From assembly GCF_044904665.1 (NCBI RefSeq), contig NZ_JADIKM010000001.1, positions 1,467,995 through 1,491,994 on the forward strand: DNA of 24,000 nt, in the 5' to 3' direction. This document shows positions 13,929 through 21,096 of this stretch, piece by piece. The stretch is from Dyella ginsengisoli (GTDB lineage Bacteria; Pseudomonadota; Gammaproteobacteria; Xanthomonadales; Rhodanobacteraceae). The notes beneath the pieces were generated by a model. It worked only from the letters and a program-made list of their open reading frames with translations. It did not search any database and was not told where the DNA came from. A program made the translations under genes and the position numbers. Position 1 is the stretch's first letter; the number at the start of each line of letters is the position of its first letter.

Positions 13929-14942
13929 ATGTCCGGTAAGCCGCTCAGTCGTGAAGAATTCATGGCCCTGGGCGAGCTGGCCAAGGCGCGCCGCCAGCTG
14001 GTGGTGAACATGTTCGGCGGCACCAAGCTGGTGTTCGGCACGTCGAGCAAGCTGTCGACGACCAAATCACTGGCCTCGAACGTGAAGTCGATGAAGTCTT
14101 CGGTCAGCAAGCTGGCCAAGGGCGGCAGCACGGCCAGCAAGGCGGTGAGCCTGCCGGGCATGCGCGAGGCGTTCGAGGGCTTCATGGTGGAGTGCGCCGA
14201 CGTGCACAACATCCAGGACGTGATCGAGGCGATCGGTGGCGAGGTGTTCAAGGAACTCGTCTCCGAGGTGACGCCGATCCTCGGCGTGGTCACCAGCGCG
14301 GTGAAGCTGGCCAAGGCCGGCAAGGCGGTGGCGCAGGACGGCTACAACCTCTACAAGAGCGACGGCTACAAGCAGGGCTTCCGCATGGGCGATCCCTACG
14401 CGGCGGCCGAAGCCATCCAGGTGATCATCAAGCGCGACCTGGCCCAGCACTCGGTGAAGCTGGCCCAGCAGGGCCTGGCCACCGGTGCCAAGATCGGCGG
14501 ACTGTTCGCCGACTTCGGCACCGCCACCACGGCCGGCATCGGCGTGGCCAACGCGATGGCCAGCCTGGGCCTGACCCTGGTCAGCCTGGGGCTGGACATC
14601 AAGGACATGCGCGCCGGCAACAAGCGCCTGGCCCAGCCCAACGCGCTAGATCTGAGCGTGTTCAACGAAAGTCCGATCCTCGGCTGCTACCTGATCACCT
14701 GCGCCGACACCTCGGCGGTGGCGAACATGTTCGTGGCCGACATTGGCCTGCCGGGCTGGATGGACCGGGTGGAGGCGATGAAGAAAAAGCAGATGGAGCC
14801 GCTGATCAAGATCGCCAGCAAGAACATCGCCTCCTCGCGCCTGCAACTGGAGGGGCTGGCTTCGGACAAGGGTACGCACGTGAAGAAGGGCTTCTTCGCG
14901 AGCGTCAAGAGCAAGGCGCTCAAGCAGCTGCATCTTTCCTAG
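13929..14942 (+). CDS. Hypothetical Lys/Ser/Ala-rich protein with a glycine-zipper hydrophobic core (candidate membrane-active effector)
   Basis: Coding-like ORF. The ATG at 13929 is preceded by GGAG; an alternative ATG lies at 13908. The core segment GLATGAKIGGLFADFGTATTAGIGVANAMASLGLTLVSLGL (about 14472-14594) contains GxxxGxxxG. I recognise no family. Confidence 0.55.
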   Translation: MSGKPLSREEFMALGELAKARRQLVVNMFGGTKLVFGTSSKLSTTKSLASNVKSMKSSVSKLAKGGSTASKAVSLPGMREAFEGFMVECADVHNIQDVIEAIGGEVFKELVSEVTPILGVVTSAVKLAKAGKAVAQDGYNLYKSDGYKQGFRMGDPYAAAEAIQVIIKRDLAQHSVKLAQQGLATGAKIGGLFADFGTATTAGIGVANAMASLGLTLVSLGLDIKDMRAGNKRLAQPNALDLSVFNESPILGCYLITCADTSAVANMFVADIGLPGWMDRVEAMKKKQMEPLIKIASKNIASSRLQLEGLASDKGTHVKKGFFASVKSKALKQLHLS

Positions 14943-14971
14943 TCGCCACGGCCTTCGGCTGCCGTGGCGAC
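14942..14971 (+). terminator. Perfect 11-bp GC-rich hairpin directly after the stop codon of the 13929..14942 ORF
   Basis: GTCGCCACGGC CTTCGGCT GCCGTGGCGAC read directly. No U-tract follows, so intrinsic-terminator function is uncertain. Confidence 0.4.
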
Positions 14972-15036
14972 GTGCAGCCACGCCTATCTGCAATCACCGG
15001 CCGGCGCGGAGCCGGTATCCCTTGGAGGTTTTTTTC

Positions 15037-15544
15037 ATGAGAGTCGCGCTCGTCGCTCCGGCGGCCGATCAATCACTCCCCGAATATTGCGTGGGGCAAG
15101 CGTCCAGGACGTGCGTCTATCCGGGCATCGCGCAGTGCTTCGCGATCGCCGGCTGGACCAAGGCCGGCATGCTCTGTACCCACGTCAGTCCCGGTGCGAC
15201 CAGCGAAGAAATGGATGCCACCTTCGAGCACCTGCGGAACCTGGGGGGGCGACCAGGCTCAGCGCTGGTACGTGGTGGGCCCGTTCACGGAACACTTCGC
15301 CGTGGCCAAGGCGCAATGGCGCTCGGTCGAGGCGATCAAGAAGACCTTCAAGCAGCAGCTGAAGAACAAGAACGCCGAGCGCTGGATCCTCGACGTCACC
15401 GCCGAACGCCAGGCCTTCAGCTGGGGCATCGACATCCAGGCCACGCCGTGCGACTGGGCGCCGGTGATCTATTTCGACTACAGGAAATGGGGCTCGAAGG
15501 GCGGCTGGACCGATCTGAAGGTCCACAAGTTCGTCCGCTTCTGA
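15037..15544 (+). pseudogene. Frameshifted paralog of the 10081..10527 CheD-like ORF; the reading frame breaks at a G7 run (15243-15249)
   Basis: GGAGG RBS, a T7 spacer, then ATG at 15037. Frame 1 reads sensibly to ...ATFEHLRNLGG and then turns Arg-rich and nonsensical. The +1 frame reads (G)DQAQRWYVVGPFTEHFAVAKAQW...KVHKFVRF to the stop at 15544. Removing one G restores a single 168-aa ORF. VYPGIAQCFAIAGWTKAGMLCTHVSPG aligns with VYPEINTCMTLTVVYKDPAYVIGRHFSRP of the first paralog. Confidence 0.6.
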
Positions 15545-15751
15545 TCGCCGACCTCATCAGTGCATATGGATGTGCAGGCCGGGGTGCTCTCGAGAGGAGG
15601 CGGTGATGCGGGCGTCACTGGCATGCCGAGCGCCTTGCGCGTGTCCTGGAACAGATCGGGGGCGGGGCCGGTCTTTCCAGTGCGTTGGCGAGGGAGCGCA
15701 CGCCGACGCGGCTCCCCGTGATTCGAAGAGATCAGCTTCTCCAGTTCTCCG

Positions 15752-15771
15752 ATCCATCCATCCATCCATCC
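15752..15771. repeat. (ATCC)5 perfect tetranucleotide microsatellite, 14-33 nt upstream of the 15785 start codon
   Basis: ATCCATCCATCCATCCATCC read directly, immediately followed by GAGG (a likely RBS) and the ATG. Confidence 0.9.
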
Positions 15772-15784
15772 GAGGCGAACGATC

Positions 15785-16222
15785 ATGAAACGACTGGCCA
15801 AGGCGACCGGAGCCGGACTCCGGCACTTCTTCGGGGCGCGCGAGAGCATCAGCCAGCAGAAGAACCTGGCGCGACAGTTCAAGGCCGCCGATACCCGCGT
15901 CAGCAAGACGAAAATCCTTGCCGTCATGGGCATGTATGCCGTGTACAAGGGGTCGCCGATCGGACTGGGCAAGAACATCGCCGACAGCATCAAGGTCGGG
16001 CGATGGAAGCACAGTGACCTGAAGCGGCAGCAGGAAGAGGTGGATGCCTTTCTCGCCGGCACCGGGATGTCGCCGCAGGGCATCGCCGCCGTGTCGCGAC
16101 TGGTCCGCCAGGGCGCCTCGGGCGACGACGTCTACGCCAACCTGTCTCCGAATGACGCGCAGATCCTCGCGGGCATCGAAAACGATCTTCATGTCGAAGC
16201 GGGTCATTGCGTGAACTTCTGA
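15785..16222 (+). CDS. Hypothetical protein (145 aa), no recognisable family
   Basis: The ORF has coding-like composition (MKRLAKATGAGLRHFFGARESISQQKNLARQFK...) and one short hydrophobic stretch (ILAVMGMYAVY). A GAGG lies upstream. It is the last gene of the cargo island. Confidence 0.45.
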   Translation: MKRLAKATGAGLRHFFGARESISQQKNLARQFKAADTRVSKTKILAVMGMYAVYKGSPIGLGKNIADSIKVGRWKHSDLKRQQEEVDAFLAGTGMSPQGIAAVSRLVRQGASGDDVYANLSPNDAQILAGIENDLHVEAGHCVNF

Positions 16223-16653
16223 GCCTGCCGCAGAGGGGCCACCGGCCCGCGGATCGTCGCGCCCGTCGCTGGCCGCGGTCGCGGGCGCGGTGCCCACTCC
16301 ATGTCGGGTCGGCCACGGGGGCAGGGCGGCGCCCCTGACGGGCCGCTGCCCGCCGCAAGCCCGGGTTCGATGCAACGGCATGCGTGCCGGACCACGACGG
16401 AAGAGGCCTTCGCGAGTAGGTTCCCCCGAGGGGCGTTTCCAGGGCGTGGCATGGGCAACGCCGCCGACGAGCGGCAAGTGGCCCGGTGATCAAATCCACC
16501 GGCCTTTTACGCACCTGACTATGGAGCGCCATGTCGTCCCGCCAAACGGGATCGGCGCGGCTGCGCAGAACCAGGGGGAGGTGCCGGATGTTTCAGCCAT
16601 GCCGTTCATACGCATTTGCCGCGCGCATCGCCGCGCGTCGGAGGCATTGAGCC

Positions 16654-16941
16654 ATGCCGCCCGCCGCCCGCCTCACCGACCTGCACGTCTGCCCGATGGT
16701 GACCGGGGTGGTGCCGCATGTCGGCGGCCCGATCACGGCGCCGGGCAAGCCGACGGTGCTGATCGGTGGCCTCCCGGCCGCCCGCCTGGGCGACATGGCC
16801 ACCTGCGTCGGCCCGCCGGACAGCATCGTGATGGGCTCGCCCAAGGTGCTGATCGGCGGCCAGCCCGCGGCGCGCATGGGAGACAGCTGCGCGCACGGCG
16901 GCACGATCGTGCTCGGTTGTTTCACGGTGTTGATCAGTTGA
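16654..16941 (+). CDS. PAAR-domain spike-tip protein (stand-alone, no extension domain)
   Basis: 95-aa ORF: MPPAARLTDLHVCP...GGPI..PG.PTVLIGGLPAARLGDMATC....D.IV.GS.KVLIGGQPAARMGDSCAHGG. The three PAAR-type repeats are obvious, and a GGAGG RBS lies upstream. Confidence 0.92.
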   Translation: MPPAARLTDLHVCPMVTGVVPHVGGPITAPGKPTVLIGGLPAARLGDMATCVGPPDSIVMGSPKVLIGGQPAARMGDSCAHGGTIVLGCFTVLIS

Positions 16942-16952
16942 GGAAGGCCTGC

Positions 16953-18335
16953 ATGAATGCCGCCACGCGTCCGTTCCGTCGCTCGCGCAAGGCCGCCAAG
17001 GCCGCGCCCAAGCCGTATGCGGCCGTGCTGCAGCGGGCGATCCAGGCGCACCAGGCGGGGGATCTCGACGCCGCCGAGCGCCTGTATGGCGAGGTGCTGG
17101 ACATGCAGGTCGCGCAGCCCGATGCGCTGCATTTCCTCGGCGTGCTCTGCCACCAGCGCGGGCGCAGCGACGAGGCGCTGGTGCTGATCGGTTCGGCGCT
17201 GAAGATCACCCCGCGCCATCCCGACGCGCACAACAACCTGGGCAACGTGCACAAGGAATGCGGGCGGCTGGCCGATGCCGAGCGCTGCTATCGCCGGGCG
17301 CTGGAGTGCGGCCCCGGGCACTACCAGGCGCTGAGCAACCTGGCCGTGGTGCTGGAGGCGCAGGAGCGGCTGGACGAGGCATTCGAGGTCTACACGAAAC
17401 TGCTGCAGCAGGCGCCGGGCTACGCCCACGGGCACTACCGGCTGGGCCTGTTCCTGCGCAACCACGCGCAGAACGAGGAGCACCTCGAACAGTCGGCCGA
17501 GTGCTTCCGCCAGGCGTTCCGCTGCGACGACCGCAACGTGCGCGCGCTGGAGGGCGTGGGCATCGCACTGTACATGCTCGGTCGCCACGAGGCCGCCGCC
17601 GAGGTCTATCGCGACTGGCTGGTGCGCGAGCCGGACAATCCGGTTCCGCGGCACATGCTCGCCTCCTGCGGTGCGGCCGAGGCGCCGCCGAGGGCGGCGG
17701 ACGACTACGTGCGCGACGTGTTCGACGGCTTTGCCGACAGCTTCGACGAGCAACTGCTCAACAACCTGGGCTACCGCGCGCCGGAAGTGCTGGTGGACTT
17801 CCTGCATGAGGTGCTGCCGGCCACGCCGGCGGCGCTCGATGTGCTGGACGCCGGTTGCGGTACCGGCCTGTGCGCGCCGCTGCTGCGCGAACGCGCCCGG
17901 CGCCTGGTCGGTGTGGACCTGTCCGGCGGCATGGTGGACAAGGCGCGCGCCCGCGGTGGCTACGACACGCTGGAAGTGGCCGAGCTGACCGCTTGGCTCG
18001 GCGCGCGCCACGACGAGTTCGACCTGGTGATCTCGGCCGACACCCTGGTGTATTTCGGCGAGCTTCGGCCGGTGCTTGGCGCCGCCGCCGGCGCGCTGCG
18101 GCCGGGCGGCTGGGTCGGCTTCACGCTGGAGGCGATCGACGGCGAGGGCGAACTGGCCGAGCTCACGTCCAGCGGACGCTACCGCCATTCGCGCGCCTAC
18201 GTGGAGCACGTGCTGATGGCGAGCGGCTTCGACGACATCACGATCCGCGCCGACACCCTGCGCCGCGAGGCGGGCAAGCCGGTGCTGGGCTGGGTGGTGC
18301 GTGCGCGTCGCGTATCGACGACGGCCGTCGGCTGA
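16953..18335 (+). CDS. TPR-repeat + class I SAM-dependent methyltransferase fusion protein
   Basis: In-frame ATG at 16953 with a GAGGAAGG RBS, 12 nt after the PAAR stop. The N-terminal half has TPR-like repeats (AERLYGEVL...PDALHFLGVL..., AHNNLGNVHKECGRLADAERCYRRALE, YQALSNLAVVLEAQERLDEA). The C-terminal half has methyltransferase motif I VLDAGCGTGL (17841-17870), then RLVGVDLS and DLVISADTLVY. The upstream part of ORF 16290.. is non-coding. Confidence 0.8.
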   Translation: MNAATRPFRRSRKAAKAAPKPYAAVLQRAIQAHQAGDLDAAERLYGEVLDMQVAQPDALHFLGVLCHQRGRSDEALVLIGSALKITPRHPDAHNNLGNVHKECGRLADAERCYRRALECGPGHYQALSNLAVVLEAQERLDEAFEVYTKLLQQAPGYAHGHYRLGLFLRNHAQNEEHLEQSAECFRQAFRCDDRNVRALEGVGIALYMLGRHEAAAEVYRDWLVREPDNPVPRHMLASCGAAEAPPRAADDYVRDVFDGFADSFDEQLLNNLGYRAPEVLVDFLHEVLPATPAALDVLDAGCGTGLCAPLLRERARRLVGVDLSGGMVDKARARGGYDTLEVAELTAWLGARHDEFDLVISADTLVYFGELRPVLGAAAGALRPGGWVGFTLEAIDGEGELAELTSSGRYRHSRAYVEHVLMASGFDDITIRADTLRREAGKPVLGWVVRARRVSTTAVG

Positions 18336-18360
18336 GCCGGGCGCCCTGGAGAAACCACCG

Positions 18361-20445
18361 ATGGCCCACGCAATCACCGTACACAGCGACATCGACAGCT
18401 CCCTGCTGTTCGTGCGGATGCGCGCCAGCGAGCAGCTGGGGCGGCTGTTCGCGTACGAGCTGGACCTGCTGAGCGAACACGCCACGGTGAAGCTGCGCAA
18501 GCTGCTCGGCACGCCGATGGCGGTGACGCTGAAGACCGACGACGGCTACGAGCGCCACTTCCACGGCATCGTCCGCGAGGCGGCGCAGACCGGCTTCGAG
18601 ACGATCAGCAAGGTGCGTTACACGCGCTACCGCGTGCAACTGGTGCCCAAGCCCTGGCTGCTCACGCGCAAGGTGGACTGCCGCATCTACACCGCCAAGA
18701 GCGTGCCGACCATCGTCAAGGACCTGCTTGGCGAGATCGGCTACGCCGATGTCAAACTCAGCCTCAGCGGCGACTACGCGGCGCGCGACTACTGCGTGCA
18801 GTACCGCGAGAGCAGCTTCGACTTCATCACCCGCCTGCTGGAGCAGGAGGGCATCTACTACTACTTCACCCACACTGCCAGCACGCACACCATGGTGCTG
18901 GCCGACGCGCTGGGCGCGCACGCGGCGATCAGCGGCTTTGCGCAGATCCCGTACTGCCCGCCGGTGGACTACGGCAAGCGCGAGGCCGCCTCGGTGTCGG
19001 TGTGGAGCGCGGCCGAGAGCGTGCACGCGCTGAAGTGCCAGCTCACCGACTACGACCCGCTCAACCCCAAGACCTCGCTGCTGGGCACCGAGAACATCGA
19101 CGACGGCAGCAGCTTCCACGGGGTCTCCGGGCTGGACGTGTTCGACTATCCCGGCCTGCACGCGACCGCCGACGACGGCCGCCACTACGCGCAGGTGCGG
19201 GTGGAGGCGCTCAACGCGCGGCATCTGGCGTTCGACGGCCAGACCAACGCCTGCGGCATGGCCGCCGGCGGCCTGTTCACCCTGAAGGACTTCCCGCTCG
19301 CCGATCTCAACCAGGAATACCTGGTGACCACCACCACCATCGAGCTGTGCGATCCGGGCTACCACGCCGGGGCGGAGCAGGGCGACGAGCCGTTCCAGTG
19401 CCGCTTCGAGGCGGTCACCTCCAAGACGCCGTTCCGCAACCTGCCCAGCGTGGCCAAGACCCGCGTGGTCGGCCTGCAGACCGCGGTGGTGTGCGGCAGC
19501 GATACCGACGAAGAGATCGCGGTGGACAAGTACGGCCGCGTGCAGGTCACCTTTCACTGGAACAAGCCGGACAAGGACAAGGCGCAGAGCTCCTGCCCGG
19601 TGCGCGTGGCCTCGCCGTGGGCCGGCAAGAACTGGGGCGCGGTGAGCATTCCGCGCGTGGGGCAGGAGGTGGTGGTGAGCTTCCTTGAAGGCGATCCGGA
19701 CCGTCCGCTGATCATCGGCAGCGTCTACAACGCAGACAACATGCCGCCCTACACGTTGCCGGACAACAAGACCCAGAGCGGCATCAAGAGCCGCAGCCTG
19801 CTCGGCGCGGCGGACGATGCCAACGAGCTGCGCTTCGAGGACAAGAAGGGCTCCGAGCAGTTCTTCATCCACGCGCAGAAGGACATGGTCGAGGAAGTGG
19901 AGAACGACCACACGGTCACCATCGACCACGACGAGACCAGCACGATCAAGAACGACCAGACCCTCACCGTGAAGCACGACCAGACCACCACGGTGGAAAA
20001 CAACCAGACGCTCACCGTCAACAACGACCAGACCGAGACGATCAAGCACGATCGCAAGGTCACCGTGCAGAACGACGACAAGCTCGACGTCTCGATGAAC
20101 GGCACCACCAGCATCGGGCAGAAGTTCAAGCTCAGCGCCGGCACCGAGATCGAGCTGGTCACCGGCGCGTCGAGCATCGTGATGAAGAGCTCGGGCGACA
20201 TCGAGATCAAGGGCCTCAACATCAAGATCACCGGCAGCGTCGGCGTGAAGATCGAGGGGCAGGTGGAGGTGGGCATCAAGGCCGGCGCCACCATGGACCT
20301 GGGCGCCGGCGCCACGCTCAAGGCGCATTCGGACGGCATGCTCGAAGTGGCCGGCACCGCCATGACCACGGTCAAGGGCACCATGACGACAGTCAAGGGT
20401 GACGCCATGACCCAGGTCTCCGGCGGCATCATCATGATCGGCTGA
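18361..20445 (+). CDS. vgrG: VgrG (TssI) spike protein, no C-terminal effector extension
   Basis: ATG at 18361, 694 aa. The gp27-like N-terminal region (LFAYELDLLSE..., FDFITRLLEQEGIYYYF) is followed by a gp5 OB-fold (RVASPWAGKNWGAVSIPRVGQEVVVSFLEGDPDRPLIIGSVYN) and beta-helix repeats (TVTIDHDETSTIKNDQTLTVKHDQTTTVENNQTLTV...). Confidence 0.95.
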   Translation: MAHAITVHSDIDSSLLFVRMRASEQLGRLFAYELDLLSEHATVKLRKLLGTPMAVTLKTDDGYERHFHGIVREAAQTGFETISKVRYTRYRVQLVPKPWLLTRKVDCRIYTAKSVPTIVKDLLGEIGYADVKLSLSGDYAARDYCVQYRESSFDFITRLLEQEGIYYYFTHTASTHTMVLADALGAHAAISGFAQIPYCPPVDYGKREAASVSVWSAAESVHALKCQLTDYDPLNPKTSLLGTENIDDGSSFHGVSGLDVFDYPGLHATADDGRHYAQVRVEALNARHLAFDGQTNACGMAAGGLFTLKDFPLADLNQEYLVTTTTIELCDPGYHAGAEQGDEPFQCRFEAVTSKTPFRNLPSVAKTRVVGLQTAVVCGSDTDEEIAVDKYGRVQVTFHWNKPDKDKAQSSCPVRVASPWAGKNWGAVSIPRVGQEVVVSFLEGDPDRPLIIGSVYNADNMPPYTLPDNKTQSGIKSRSLLGAADDANELRFEDKKGSEQFFIHAQKDMVEEVENDHTVTIDHDETSTIKNDQTLTVKHDQTTTVENNQTLTVNNDQTETIKHDRKVTVQNDDKLDVSMNGTTSIGQKFKLSAGTEIELVTGASSIVMKSSGDIEIKGLNIKITGSVGVKIEGQVEVGIKAGATMDLGAGATLKAHSDGMLEVAGTAMTTVKGTMTTVKGDAMTQVSGGIIMIG

Positions 20446-20459
20446 CCGGGGAGTCACGC

Positions 20460-20999
20460 ATGTCGGCAGTCATCCACGCCTCGGTCCAGATGGAACTCAC
20501 CCCGGACGCCAGCGCCCGGCTGCGCGCGGACATGTCGCCGCAAACGGCGGTGCAGGAACTGCTCGCCGCCGGCCAGGTGCAGGACGCGCTGAAGCTGCTC
20601 GCGCGCCTCATGCCCAAGCGCTACGCGGTGGCCTGGCTGTGCCAGTGCGCGCGCGACCAGCCGCTGTCGCAGGAAGACCGCATCGGCGCCTCGCTGGCCG
20701 AGCAGTGGGTACGCGAGCCCAGCGAGAGCAACCGCCGCGCCGCGTTCGAATTCGCCCACGCCGGCGGCTACAAGGCGCTCGGTGCGTGGATCGCCGCGGC
20801 GGCGGGCTGGTCCGGCGGCAGCCTGGCGCCGGCAGCGCAGGAAACGCCGGTGCCACCGGCCGAACACCTCACCGCCCGCGCCACAGTGGCCGCGATCAAC
20901 CTGATGGCCGCACTGGATGCCACGCAGTTCGAGGCGCGCCGCGCCAGCTACATCGAGCGGGCGATGAGCCTGCTGCACGCCGGGGCGAGCGACGCATGA
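20460..20999 (+). CDS. Hypothetical Ala-rich helical protein conserved in position between vgrG and fha
   Basis: 179-aa ORF starting 15 nt after the vgrG stop, with a GGGGAG RBS. Composition and GC match the core genes. It has no signal peptide or lipobox, so it is not TssJ. I recognise no family. Confidence 0.5.
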   Translation: MSAVIHASVQMELTPDASARLRADMSPQTAVQELLAAGQVQDALKLLARLMPKRYAVAWLCQCARDQPLSQEDRIGASLAEQWVREPSESNRRAAFEFAHAGGYKALGAWIAAAAGWSGGSLAPAAQETPVPPAEHLTARATVAAINLMAALDATQFEARRASYIERAMSLLHAGASDA

Positions 21000-21096
21000 G
21001 CGCAGCGGCCACGGATCGCCAATACGAAGCCCGAGCGGCACGACGCGGCGCGCAGACGCCGGCGTGCCCGACCGATGCAGGAAAGGGGAGCTGAGC

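Noticed and set aside
16290-16952. N-terminal extensions suggested by the ORF track (3414..3737 for tssE, 3863..4240 for tssF, 5581..6096 for tssG, 12558..12830, 16290..16952 for the TPR-methyltransferase, 10024..10080, 22513..22551)
   Set aside because: The extensions overlap upstream genes or have nonsense-like composition. Internal ATG/GTG codons with RBS-like sequences yield N-termini that match the canonical family starts.
19897-20090. Periodic nucleotide repetition (GACCAGACC / ACGGTG-like units) that could look like a tandem DNA repeat or array
   Set aside because: It lies inside vgrG and simply encodes the imperfect octapeptide beta-helix repeats of the gp5-like C-terminal domain. 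There is no spacer/repeat architecture.
20996-21094. 32-codon ORF between the 179-aa protein and the fha start, with an ATGA start overlap and a stop 2 nt before the fha GTG
   Set aside because: The coupling geometry is suggestive, but the peptide (MSAAATDRQYEARAARRGAQTPACPTDAGKGS) has no distinguishing features. Such short ORFs arise easily in GC-rich DNA, so it cannot be supported as a feature from sequence alone.
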